The notes under the pieces: generated by a model
Database searches by the model: none
What the model was told of the DNA's origin: nothing
What the model saw: only the letters and a program-made list of their open reading frames with translations
In this document: positions 11,123 to 23,159 of the stretch, one piece after another
Position numbering within the stretch: position 1 is the stretch's first letter
How the letters are laid out: each line of letters opens with the position of its first letter
Source of the DNA: an uncultured Chloroflexia bacterium
Lineage (GTDB): Bacteria > Chloroflexota > Limnocylindria > Limnocylindrales > CSP1-4
Assembly (NCBI GenBank): GCA_963763075.1
Contig: CAVXNF010000008.1
Location: 128,478 to 192,477 of the forward strand
Direction of reading: 5' to 3'
DNA: 64,000 nt
Program-made: the position numbers and the translations under genes

Positions 11123-12644
11123 ATGCATTGGCACCGGTCGAGCCTCGCGAGGCTCGGAGTCCTTGCGGCAACCATCGCGATCGTCGCGGCCGCATGCGGC
11201 GGCGCAACGCCGACCGCGGCACCGTCCGAGGCGGCGGCACCGTCCGAGAGCGCCGGCGCGACGCCGTCGCCCACCCCGCTCGTCACCCCTGAGCCCGTCG
11301 ACGCCAGCGTGCCCGGCCCGAACGGCGGCCAGATCATCCGCTGGTTCGTCGGCCTCGGCGCGGGTGGCCAGCCGCAGCAGATCCAGGTCCAGACCGACTT
11401 CGTCAACGCGTTCAACAACGACCCGGCGAACAAGGACAAGGCGTACATCTCGCTCGAGATCTACGACAACAAGGTCGCCGCCAACATCCTCAAGACGCAG
11501 ATCGCCGCCGGCAACGCGCCGGACATCATCGGCCCGGTCGGCGTCGAGGGCCTGAACCTGTTCATCGACCAGCTGGCTGACCTGCAGCCCCTGATCGACT
11601 CGACCGGGTACGACATGAGCAAGTACCCCGCGGCCCTGGCCGACTTCTTCAAGATCGGCAAGGGTGGCGCCACCATCGGCGTGCCGTTCGGCACCTACCC
11701 GTCGATGCTCTGGTACAACAAGGAGCTGTTCGACGAGGCCAAGCTGCCGTACCCGCCGACCAAGGTCGGTGACCTCTACGACGGCAAGCCGTGGGACATG
11801 GCCGCCGTGCGCGACCTGGGCATGAAGCTCACCGTCGACAAGAACGGCAACGACGCCACCAGCGCCGACTTCGATCCCGAGAACATCGTGCAGTGGGGCT
11901 TCGACTCCCAGTGGGCCGACAACAGCCCGACGGCCGAGACCGCCCTGTTCGGCGCCGGCTCGTTCCTCGCCGACGACGGCAAGACGGCACAGATCCCCGA
12001 CGCCGATGCGGACCGGCATCCACTGGTTCAACGACGGCGTCTGGAAGGACCACTTCATCCCGACCCAGGCCCAGGTCGACAGCGACCTGCTGGCCAAGGG
12101 CAACCCGTTCCAGTCGGGCAACCTCGCCATGACCCAGATCCACACGTGGTACTCGTGCTGCGTGAACCCGGCGGCGCCGGCCAAGCCCATCGTCGGTGAC
12201 AACCTCGGCTGGGCCGTCGCCCCGTCCTTCGACGGCAAGACCACGGCCAAGCTGCACGCCGACACGTTCAGCATGCTCAAGACCACCAAGCACCCCGACG
12301 AGACCTTCGCCGTCCTGTCCGCGCTTGCGGCATCCGGCGAGCTCGCGACCATCTACGGCGCCATGCCGGCTGACCCGTCCCAGACGCAGCCGTTCAAGGA
12401 CGCCATCGACGCGGCCTACCCGAAGGCCGACTTCGACTGGGCCGTCCCGGAGGCCATGCTCGGCAACCCGGACATCCCCAACCACCAGGCCTGGGTCCCG
12501 GACTACGCGAAGAGCAAGGCCGCGTGGCAGGCGTTCGGCAAGGGCTACCGCACCGCCGAGAGCGCCGACATCGACGCTGACCTCGACACGCTCAAGACCA
12601 CCCTCCAGGGCATCTTCGACGCTGCCCCGGACAAGAACCCCTAG
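11123..12644 (+). CDS. Carbohydrate ABC transporter substrate-binding lipoprotein, one frameshift near 12000
   Basis: GGAGGAGG RBS. MHWHRSSLARLGVLAATIAIVAAAC lipobox and APSEA linker. Body IIRWFVGLGAGGQPQQIQV...GVPFGTYPSMLWYNKELFDEAKLPYPP (frame of 9716..12199) continues in ORF 12006..12644 (MRTGIHWFNDGVWKDHFIP...). Confidence 0.85.
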
Positions 12645-12657
12645 CTCCTCCTCCACT

Positions 12658-12694
12658 GGTCTCCCGGGTCGGCCGCACGGCCACCCGGGAGACC
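12658..12694 (+). other. Long intercistronic stem-loop after the SBP gene
   Basis: GGTCTCCCGGGT / ACCCGGGAGACC 12-bp perfect stem. The inner sequence CGGCCGCACGGCC can extend it through GGCC pairing. It lies between the SBP stop (12644) and the permease start (12743), with no U-tract. Confidence 0.5.
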
Positions 12695-12742
12695 GATCCA
12701 GCCCCACCGGGCACCACGCATCCAGCGGAGCCTGCCGGACCC

Positions 12743-13698
<956 letters not shown>

Positions 13699-13702
<4 letters not shown>

Positions 13703-14802
13703 CCGCGGCCACCCAGGCGAAGGAGACCGGCGAGGCGCGGAACCTCGCGTTCAGCGACCGCAGCCCGGTCGCGAAGTCGTATCGCAAGTTCCTCGGGCGA
13801 TCGATGCTGCTGATGTTCGCGCTGATCATCATCGGCACCCTCCTGCTGCCGATGCTGTACATGGTGACGACGGCGTTCCAGCAGCCCGGGCAGTCGACGA
13901 CGCCCGGCGCGCCGGTCTGGCCGGCCGCGCCGCAGACCGCCCAGTACCAGGGCGAGCCCTACCCGGTCTACACCGTCCCGATGCCGGACGGGACGACGAA
14001 GCAGCTGATCCTCATCGAGCCCGGGCGCGAGTCGAGCACGTTCGTCGACCCGACCGACGCGACGCAGACCCCGATCGAGTGGGAGGGTCGCTGGCGGACG
14101 CTCGAGCAGGCCTGGACGTTCGCGCCGCTCATCGACAACTTCACGACCGCCTGGAACCAGCTGAACTTCCCGCGGCTGCTGCGCAACACGTTCGGGATCG
14201 CGATCCTGAGCACGATCGGGGCGGTGGCCTCGTCGATCCTGGTCGCCTACGGGTTCGCGCGCTTCCGGTTCCCCGGCAAGAACGCGCTGTTCATCGTGCT
14301 GATCGCGACGATCATCCTGCCGTTCCAGGTCACGCTGCTGCCGCAGTACGTGTTCTTCACCTGGCTGGGCTGGAACGGGACCTGGCTGCCGCTGATCATC
14401 CCCCACTGCTTCGCCAACGCGTACAACGTGTTCCTGCTGCGCCAGTACTTCATGTCGATCCCGCGTGAGCTCGACGAGGCCGCGATGATCGACGGCGCCG
14501 GGCCGTTCCGGGTCCTGCGCTCGATCATCGTCCCGCAGTCGGTCGCCGCGATCACCGCGGTCAGCCTGTTCCACTTCTTCTTCGCCTGGAACGACTTCTT
14601 CATGCCGCTGCTGTACCTCGGCAGCAAGCCGGACCTGCAGCCGATGTCGATCGCGATCCAGCAGTACAACGCGCTGTACGCGAGCCAGCCGACGCTCATC
14701 CAGGCGTCGGCGCTGCTGACGATGGCCGTCCCGATCGTGATCTTCCTGTTCGCCCAGCGCGCGTTCATGCGCGGCGTCGTCGTCACGGGGGTGGACAAGT
14801 GA
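13699..14802 (+). CDS. Carbohydrate ABC transporter permease (MalG type) with a ~100-aa extracytoplasmic insert, intact
   Basis: ORF 13699..14802, 367 aa. ATGA overlap with the upstream permease. EAA loop LDEAAMIDGAGPFRVLRSIIVPQS. Long hydrophilic segment between TM1 and TM2. Confidence 0.9.
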
Positions 14803-17160
14803 CGGACCTCGCAGAGCCCGTCCCCGGATCGACCGGCGGGCTGCGGATCCCGTCCGTGGCCTGGTCGCGACCCATCGGCCTGGCGAGCGAGGGCGTGTCG
14901 CGGCCGCGCGTCCCGGGCCTCATCGACGACGGCGAGTGGGCCGGCGTCCCGATCGGTGGCCTCGGCAGCGGCAGCATCGGCCGCTCGTTCCGCGGCGACG
15001 TCTCGCGCTGGCACCTCGAGGTTGGACGCCACGCGTTCCGCCCGGTGGCCGCCGACGGGTTCTCGGTGTTCGTCGGCGGTCCGGACGGCAGCGAGGCGCA
15101 CGTCCTCTCGACGCTCCGCCCCGGCGGCGAGCTGCCGGCGTGGGGGTTCGACCTGCCCGTCGGGGCCGGGACGTACCACGCGCTGTTCCCACGGGCGTGG
15201 CAGGCGTTCGAGCCGCCGGCGCTGGGCGGCGTGCGGCTCACCGGCGAGCAGCTGTCGCCGGTCATCGCCCACGACTACGAGCGGAGCGCGCTGCCGGTCG
15301 GCTCGTACGAGTGGCGGATCGAGAACGCGAGCGACGCGCCGCGAACCGTCGGGCTGCTGTTCTCGTGGGCCAACCCGCTCGGCGCGCGACCCACGGAGTC
15401 ACCGGTCGCGGGGCCGTACCAGGAAGCGGTGCGAGATGCCGACGGCGTCGCCATCGTGTTCCACGACGGCGGCAGTGGCCCGGCCGGGCTCCGGGGGACA
15501 TTCGCGATCGCCGCGGCGGCGGACGACGGGGTCGTCCTTGGGGCACGCGCGCGGTTCGATGCCCGGGTCGACCGCGACCTGTGGGCGGACTTCGCGGCCG
15601 ATGGTCGGCTGACCGGGGGCGACGACGCCGTGGATCGTCGGCCGGCGCTCGCCGGCGAGTCGATCGGCGGCGCGGTCTCGGCGACCGTCACGCTCGAGCC
15701 CGGCGAGACGCGGACGGTCCGGTTCGCGGTGGCGTGGGACCTGCCGGTCACCGAGTTCGGCGGCGGGCGGCAGTGGTGGAAGCGGCACACGCGGACGTGG
15801 GGCCGCACGGGCGGCCGGGCGCTGGACCTCGCGCGCCACGCGCTGGCGGAGACGCCGGCCTGGCGGGCCGCGATCGAGGCGTGGCAGCGGCCGGTGACCG
15901 AGGACGAGTCGCTCCCGGCCTGGTACCGGGCGGCGCTGTTCAACGAGCTCTACTTCCTCGTCGACGGCGGGACGTTCTGGGAGGCCGGCGAGGTCGGCGG
16001 GCCCGAGCCCGACCCCGACGACCCGGGACGCTTCGCGCTCCTCGAGTGCCTCGACTACCCGTTCTACGACACGGTCGACGTCGACTTCTACGCGTCAGCC
16101 GCGATGGTCGAGCTGTTCCCGGCCCTCGAGCGGCGCGGGATCCGCGACCTGCTCGCGACGGTCGCCGGGCAGGACCCGACGCCGGTCACGATCGAGGCGT
16201 CCGGCCTGCCGGGGACGCGCAAGGAGGCGTTCGCGGTCCCGCACGACGTCGGCGGCCCGGACGAGGACCCGTTCGTCCGCCCCAACCGCTACCGGTTCCA
16301 GGACGTCAACGGCTGGATCGACCTCGCGCCGAAGCTCGCGCTCCAGGTCTGGCGCGACGTCGTGCTGCTGGACGACGACGCGCTCGTCGCGGAGGCGCGG
16401 CCGGTGGTCGAGGCGGCGCTCCGGCGCCTCGCGATCCAGGACACCGACGGCGACGGGCTGCCCGACCACGGCGGCCTCCCCGACCAGACGTATGACACGT
16501 GGCCGATGCACGGGCCGTCGGCGTACGGCGGGCTGCTGTGGCTGGGGGCGCTCCGGGCGGCGGAGGAGCTGGCCCGGCGCGACGGCGACGGGACCGCGGC
16601 GGACTCGTGGGCCGCGGCCTACCGGCGGGGGCGCGACGCGTTCGAGCACAAGCTGTGGCGCGAGGGCACGGACGGCTACTACGCCTACGACGGCGGTGGC
16701 GCGGTCAGCTCCGACAGCGTCATGGCGGACATGCTCGCCGGCCAGTGGTACGCGGACCTGTCGGGCCTCGGCGACCTGGTCGATCCGACCCGCGTCACGC
16801 GGGCCCTGCGCACGATCCACGCGCGCAACGTCGTCGACTTCGGCGACGGGCTGCTGGGCGCCGTGAACGGCATGCACCCGGACGGCACGGTCGACACCTC
16901 GAGCGAGCAGAGCCAGGAGGTCTGGACCGGGACGAGCTACGGCGCTCGCGGCGCTCATGCTCGGGCGCGGGCTCGCGGACGAGGCCTGGGAGACGGCCGG
17001 CGGCATCGTCAACACGGTGTGGCAGGAGCGCGGCCTGTGGTTCCGCACGCCCGAGGCCTACGACCGGGCCGGCAACTACCGGGCGAGCCTGTACCTCCGG
17101 CCGCTCGCGATCTGGGCGATCGAGGAGGCGCGCCGGCGGGCGTCACGCGCCGCCGGCTGA
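14799..17160 (+). CDS. Glycoside hydrolase family 116 (GBA2-type beta-glucosidase / glucosylceramidase-like), one frameshift near 16945
   Basis: ORF 14799..17210 has a GTGA overlap with the permease. N-terminal GH116 region GVPIGGLGSGSIGRSFRGDVSRWHL...GTYHALFPRAWQAF and catalytic (alpha/alpha)6 part ...LECLDYPFYDTVDVDFYAS...EQSQEVWTGTSYG. The C-terminus continues in ORF 16957..17160 (LWFRTPEAYDRAGNYRASLYLRPLAIWAIE). Confidence 0.85.
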
Positions 17161-17178
17161 CGTCAGCTCGTCGCGCTG

Positions 17179-18083
17179 CTAGTAGTCCAGCCTGCCGTAC
17201 TTGTAGGTGAGCTTCATCTTCGTGTAGTGGAGAATCGCAGCCTCGCCGGCGAGCGCCCACGCCTGCGCTTTCCGGTCGCTCGTGACGTGATCCTCGCCGG
17301 CCACGCTGCTGCTGTACCAGGTCGACTCGAAGCCCACCTGCCGGATCCAGTCGAGCCTCGCCGTCTCGAAGTTCCGGATCCCTGCGTAGCCCGCGTTGTC
17401 GGGTCTCGTGGCCGTCACCGTCGGTGTTGCCCGTGCCGTAGATCGAGACCCGGAGCGACGCGTAGACGTGGGCGCTGGGCAGGGTGAACGTGTACCGGCC
17501 CATGGCATAGCCGCCGTCGACATAGCCGCCGGTGAGACTGATGGCATGCGGTGGCGTCGTCCGCTGACGCAACGGTGCCGTCACCCGCCGTGAAGAACGC
17601 GCCCGTGTCGGCATAGCGCGTCTGCGAGCCGAGGTACCAGGTAGAGCTTCTTGTGGGACAGGACGACCGTGTGGGTCGCGGTCTCGGTGGTGGCCCGGCG
17701 GTGACGAACTGTTTGACCGTGTAGGTGCCCTGGGGGAACAGCGAGCTGTCCTTCTTGCGCCCGTTCCAGACGACCGAGTACGCGCCCTCCTGGGCGCCCA
17801 GCAGGAAGGACTTGATGCGCGTCCCGCCGCTGTTGTAGATCCGGATCGTGACGGTCGCCGGGACGAGGGTCGTGCCGCTGATCAGGTTCGTGTCGCGGTA
17901 GTCGTCCTTGCGCGGGTAGAAGCGCGCGTACTGGACGGCGAACTCGGTCCCCAGCGCGGCGGTCTGCACGGCCGACGAGTCAGCTGCGCGGCTGCCGGCG
18001 AGGACGGCCGCCGGCGCCGCGCCGGCGACGAGGACCGCCGTCCCCAGCACCGCGGCGAGCATTCGGGTGCGACGAGCACGCAT
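17179..18083 (-). CDS. Secreted protein, short paralog (signal peptide + FlgD-Ig-like module + unassigned C-terminal domain), frameshifted
   Basis: MRARRTRMLAAVLGTAVLVAGAAPAAVLAG...AVQYARFYPRKDDYRDTNLISGTTLVPATVTIRIYNSGGTRIKSFLLGAQEGAYSVVWNGRKKDSSLFPQGTYTVKQ (frame of 17415..18587). Then GGYAMGRYTFTLPSAHVYASLRVSIYG (ORF 17009..17614). Then AGYAGIRNFETARLDWIRQVGFESTWYSSSVAGEDHVTSDRKAQAWAL..KMKLTYKYGRLDY (ORF 17179..17547). Confidence 0.6.
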
Positions 18084-18175
18084 CAGGACCGACTCCCTCC
18101 CTCGCGCGGCCGTGCCGCCAGTTCGTTGCCTTGAGGATACCGGACGGTCACAACGAGGCCGCCAGTGACGAAGAC

Positions 18176-18203
18176 AGCCGGCGGGTCTCACGACCCGCCG
18201 GCT
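18176..18203 (-). terminator. Hairpin downstream of the long secreted paralog
   Basis: AGCCGGCGGGTC-TCAC-GACCCGCCGGCT perfect 12-bp stem, 27 nt after the stop at 18230. The downstream U-tract is weak (GTCTTCG). Confidence 0.45.
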
Positions 18204-18229
18204 GATCGGTGCGGCGAACGATGCGGCGA

Positions 18230-19892
18230 TCAGTACTTGAGCACCGCGTACTTGTACGTGAGCTTCACCTTGAGGTAGTTCACGCCGCCGAAGTTGCCAC
18301 TGTCGGCGAACGCCCACAGCTGGACCTTGCGGTCGCTGGTGACGTGGCCCGGGGCGGCGACGCTGTTGCCGTACCAGTCGGTCGAGTAGCCGACGTACTT
18401 GAAGGCATCGAGGTCGTCCGTCGCGTAGTTGCGGATGCCGATGTAGCCCTTGCCGTAGCCGCTCATGCTCTTGCCGTACGCGGAGGCGCGGACGGAGGAA
18501 TAGATCGTGGCGCTGGGCAGGGTGAACGTGTAGCGCGCCGCCGCGTAGCCGCTCGAACCACCCAGCAGGATGACGCCGTGCGACCACGTGTTGGAGTGGT
18601 ACGCGCCGCCGTCGCCGTCATAGACGAAGGCGCCGGTGTCCGCGTAGCGGGTCTGCGAGGTCGTGTACCAGTAGAGCTTCTTGGACGACAGCGCGATCGA
18701 CTGGTTGACGGTCTTCGTGTTGCCGCGGGCGTCCTTGAACGACTGCTTGACCGTGTACGTGCCCTGCGGGAACAGCGAGCCGTCGTTCCGGCGTCCCGTC
18801 CAGGTCGCCGAGTAGGTGCCGTTCTTCGTCCCGAGCGAGAACGTCTTGATCCGCGTCCCACCGCTGGTGTAGATCCGGATCGTCACAGTCGCCGGGCTCG
18901 AGCGTCTTGCCGCTGATCTTGTCCGTGTCGCGGTAGCCGTCGTTCTTGGGGTAGAACCGCGAGTACTGGACGGCGAGGCTGCTCGTCTTGACCGAGGTGT
19001 CAGCGGTGATGGTGACCGGAACCGGGTTGCTCTCGTTGGACCCGAGGTACAGCAAGTCACCGCCGTACCTGGCGAAGATCTCGTATGAGCCAACCGGCAG
19101 GTCCGCCTTGACGAGCGTCGCGGAGTCGCCGCTCACCGGCGCCGTGCCGAGTGTCTGCGGCGTGAGGCCGACGAAGCGCCAGAACGTCACGGTTCCCGTG
19201 GCGTCGCTCACCAGGAAGTGCGCGGTGAGGGTCACCGGCTGCTCGTACTGGATCGCCGTGCTGCGGTCGGCCTCGAGCGAGATCTCCGGGATCACGCGGG
19301 TGTCGGTCAGCCCGGAGTTGCTGCTGGGCAGGAAGCCGATGCATCCCGAGTAGTCGACGTCGATGACCTTGAGGCCTTCGGCCGCCGTCGTCGTGAGGGA
19401 TGCCTGGCCCGCGCCATCGAGGACGAGGCCGCTGGTTGTCGTTCCGTCGTAGGCGAACTCGATCGTGCCGCAGGACGGGATCGGGCTCACGGTCGCCGTG
19501 ATCGTGATCGAATTGCCGGCGTCGAACGGCAGCGGGGTGATCTCGAAGATCACGGTGGTCGGCACGTCGTCGACGTCCGGGGCGACCTCGGGCTGGGCGG
19601 ACGTCGTGCCGCGCTCGACATCCGGCTTGTCCGGCGTGACCGGTGCCTGCGTCGGGTCAGGTGTGGGCGCCGGCGCTTGTGTCGGCTCCGCGGTGGGCTC
19701 CACGGTCGGGTCCGGCGTCGGCTCGACCGGGTCGACTGACGGGTCGACCGACGGCTCGGGCGCAGGGGCCGTGGCGTGCGGGTTGCCGTGGTCGGCGGGC
19801 TTGCCGGCGAGGACCGCCGCCGGCGCGATGCCGGTGACCAGGACGGCCGTCCCCAGGACGGCGGCGAGCATGCGTGTGCGATGGGCGCGCAT
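18230..19892 (-). CDS. Secreted multidomain protein, long paralog (signal peptide, Pro/Thr linker, 2 bacterial Ig-like domains, FlgD-Ig-like module, unassigned C-terminal domain), one frameshift near 18895
   Basis: ORF 18618..19892: MRAHRTRMLAAVLGTAVLVTGIAPAAVLAG, PEPSVDPSVDPVEPTPDPTVEPT linker, Ig-like repeats (GTVTFWRFVG..LGTAPVSGDSATLVKADLPVGSYEIFARYGGDLLYLGSNES). Continues in ORF 18230..19093: ATVTIRIYTSGGTRIKTFSLGTKNGTYSATWTGRRNDGSLFPQGTYTVKQ ... RYTFTLPSATIYSSVRASAYG...GIRNYATDDLDAFKYVGYSTDWYG..KVKLTYKYAVLKY. Confidence 0.7.
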
Positions 19893-19995
19893 TGACGCGG
19901 AAACCCCCTCTTATCCCCTCGAGCGGCGGCGCCGCTCCATTGGCCGCGAAGAATACGGCAAATCCGGCAGACGGGCCGCCTCGCCCCGGCGAGCG

Positions 19996-21208
19996 TCAGG
20001 CGCGTTCGGCGCGGACCCGCTCGGTGAACCGGGTGATGCGCCGGACGGCCTCCTCGAGCTGGTCGTAGGCCGTCGCGTAGCACATCCGCACGTGGCCCTC
20101 GCCGGACGGCCCGAACGCGTTGCCGGGCACGGCCGCGACGGCCTCCTCGCGCAGCAGCCGCTCGGTGAACTCGTCCGAGGTCAGCCCGGTGGAGGTGATC
20201 CGCGGGAAGGCGTAGAACGCGCCCCGCGGCTCGAACGTCTCGAGGCCCGCCGCCCGGAGCCCGTCCACGAGCAGCCGGCGGCGGCGGTCGTACTCGGCGA
20301 CCATCGCCTGCACGTGCGGCTCGCCGCCCTGGATCGCCACCAGCGCGGCGTCCTGGGCGACCGTCGGCGCCGACATGATCCCGTACTGGTGCACCTTCAC
20401 GATGCCCTCGAGGATCCCCGCCGGGGCGCACATCCAGCCGACCCGCCAGCCGGTCATCGCGTACGCCTTGCTGAAGCCGCCCATGAGGATCGTCCGCTCG
20501 CGCATCCCGGGCAACGAGCTGAACGCGCGGTGGCGGTACGAGCCGTACGCGAGCCGGTCGTAGATCTCGTCGCTGTACACGAGCAGGTCGTGGTCGCGGG
20601 CGATCCGCGCGAGCTCGTCCTGGACGTCGTCGTCGAGCACGGCGCCGGTCGGGTTCGCCGGGTAGCCGAGGAACAGCGCCTTCGTGCGCGGCGTGATCGC
20701 CGCCTCGACGGCGGCAGGATCGAGCGCGAAGTCGTCCTCGAACCGGGTCGCGACCGGCACCGCCGTCCCGCCGGCGAACACGATCGCCGGGACGTAGGCG
20801 ACGTACGAGGGCTCGTGGAGGATGACCTCGTCGCCCGGGTCGCAGGTCGCGCGCAGCGCGAGGTCCACGGCCTCGGATGCGCCGACCGTGACGAGGATCT
20901 CGTTCTCGGGCGCGTAGCGGACCCCGTACAGCTGCTCCAGGTGGTCCGAGAGGGCGCGCCGCAGCTCGATCGTGCCGAAGTTGCTCGTGTAGTGGGTGCG
21001 GCCCTCGCGCAGGCTCTCGACGCCCGCCTCGACGATCTCGCGCGGCGTGTCGAAGTCCGGCTCCCCCACCCCGAGGCTGATGACGTCGTCCATCGTCGCC
21101 ACGATGTCGAAGAAGCGCCGGATCCCGGACGGCGGCACGGCCCGCACGCGCTGGCTCAGGGCACGCTCGGCGAGCGGGGCGCGGTCGGGTGATGTCGAGG
21201 TCGGTCAT
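19996..21208 (-). CDS. Class I/II pyridoxal-phosphate aminotransferase (aspartate/aromatic type); N-terminal frameshift near 21170
   Basis: ORF 19996..21147 is intact: [12 protein letters not shown]..., [30 protein letters not shown] (PLP lysine). The likely true start is MTDLDITRP at 21208 (ORF 19550..21208), joined by one frame change (..[23 protein letters not shown]). Confidence 0.85.
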
Positions 21209-21229
21209 CGGCTCGCTAGGGTACGCGGC

Positions 21230-22826
21230 TCAGGCGGCCGCGGCGATGCGCTCGGCCGGTGACGGCATCGACGGGTCCTCGAGCCGCGGCAGGTCGTGCG
21301 GCGCGATCCGCCGCCAGTCCGCGTCGGCCGTGATCGCCCTCGTACGCGCGGGCGGCGCGGAACAGGACGTCCTCGGACCACGGCGGCGCCGATCAGCTGG
21401 AGCCCGACCGGCAGGCCGTCGGACAGGCCGCACGGGACGGACACGCCGGGCAGGCCCGCCATGTTCACCGGCAGCGTGCAGGCGTCCGACAGGTACATCT
21501 GCACCGGGTCGTCCATCCGCGCGCCGAACGGGAACGCGACCGTCGGCGAGGTGGGCGCGACGAGCAGGTCGAAGCCGGCCTCCCACAGGTGGTCGAAGTC
21601 GCGCTTGATCAGCGTCCGGACCTTCTGCGCCTTGAGGTAGAACGCGTCGTAGTAGCCGGCCGACAGCGCGTAGGTGCCGAGCATCACCCGGCGCTTGACC
21701 TCGGGGCCGAAGCCGCTGCCGCGGGTCGCGAGGTAGTCGGCGAGGTAGTCGTCCCCACCGCGGACGCTGTAGCCGTAGCGGACGCCGTCGTAGCGGGCGA
21801 GGTTCGACGACGCCTCGGCGGGCGCGACGATGTAGTAGGTCGCGAGGCCGTAGTCGGTGTGCGGGAGGCTGACCTCCTCGACCGTGGCGCCGGCGGCCTC
21901 GAGCGCGGCGACCGCCTCGCGGACCCGCGCCTCCACGCCGGGCTCCATGCCCGCGACGAAGTACTCGCTGGGCAGGCCGATCCGCTTGCCGCGCAGCCAG
22001 GACGCCGCCTCGTCGTCGCGAGGCGGGCAGCCGCACGAGATCGTCCGGTACCGGGATCGGGGCGCTCGTCGAGTCGCGCTCGTCGCGGCCGGCGATCGCG
22101 TGGAGGAGCGCGGCCGCGTCCCGCGAGTCACGGGCGAACGGGCCGATCTGGTCGAGGCTGCTGGCGAACGCGACGATCCCGTAGCGCGACACGCGGCCGT
22201 AGGTCGGCTTCATCCCGACGATCCCGCACAGGGCGGCCGGCTGGCGGATCGAGCCGCCGGTGTCGGTGCCGATCGAGAGCGGGGCGTGGCGCGCGGCGAC
22301 GGCCGCCGCCGAGCCGCCCGACGAGCCGCCGGGCACACGCTCGAGGTCCCACGGGTTGGCCGTCGGCCCGAACGCGCTGTGCTCGGTCGACGAGCCCATC
22401 GCGAACTCGTCCATGTTCGTCTTGCCCAGGATCACCGCGCCCGCGTCGCGCAGCCGCTCGGTGATGTGCGCGTCGAACGGCGAGCGATAGCCGACGAGGA
22501 TCTTCGAGCCCGCGGTGCACTGGCCGCCGCGGAGCGAGACGAGGTCCTTGAGCGCGATCGGCACGCCGAGCAGCGGGTGGAGCGCCTCGAGCGCGGCCGG
22601 ACCCTCGCGCTCGGGCGGCGGCCAGCCGGGCGTCGGCGGCGTCGGCCTCGGCCAGCGCCCGCTCGTCGTCGAGCGTCAGCCAGGCATGGAGCCCGGCGTC
22701 CGTGCGATGGGCGCGGGCGAGGTGGGCTGCGGTCACCTCGCGCGAGCTGACCTCGCCCGCCCGCAGGGACGCCGCGAGCTCGTGCGCGAAGGGCTCCGTG
22801 AGGGCGTCGCCGTCGTCCGTGCTCAT
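21230..22826 (-). CDS. gatA: Glutamyl-tRNA(Gln) amidotransferase subunit A, frameshifted
   Basis: N-terminus [39 protein letters not shown] (ORF 22128..22826). Amidase signature [75 protein letters not shown] (ORF 21230..22564). Then GLPSEYF...[22 protein letters not shown] (ORF 21205..22131). Confidence 0.9.
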
Positions 22827-22833
22827 CGGCCCG

Positions 22834-23130
22834 TCACTCGCCGCCGAGGATCGCGGGGACCACGAAGAAGTCGCCGTCGCGCTCGGGGGCGTTGGCCAGG
22901 ACGTCCTCGGGCGGCATCGAGGGCCGCGCGACGTCGTCGCGCAGGATGTTCTCGAGCTCGATCGTCTGCGCCGTCGGCGGGATCGCGTCGGTGTCCAGCT
23001 CGGCGAGCGTCGCGTACTGGTCGAGGATGTGGTTCAGCTGGCCCTCGAGCCGCGCCAGCTCCTCCTCGGACAGGCCGAGGCGAGCGAGGTACGCGACGTG
23101 CTCGACGTCGGCACGGGTGAGGGCGGGCAT
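22834..23130 (-). CDS. gatC: Glutamyl-tRNA(Gln) amidotransferase subunit C, intact (98 aa)
   Basis: MPALTRADVEHVAYLARLGLSEEELARLEGQLNHILDQYATLAELDTDAIPPTAQ... at the end of the frame of ORF 22834..23925. ATG at 23128-23130. Confidence 0.9.
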   Translation of the reverse strand: MPALTRADVEHVAYLARLGLSEEELARLEGQLNHILDQYATLAELDTDAIPPTAQTIELENILRDDVARPSMPPEDVLANAPERDGDFFVVPAILGGE

Positions 23131-23159
23131 GACGCGATGATACGCGGGGACCTGCGCCG

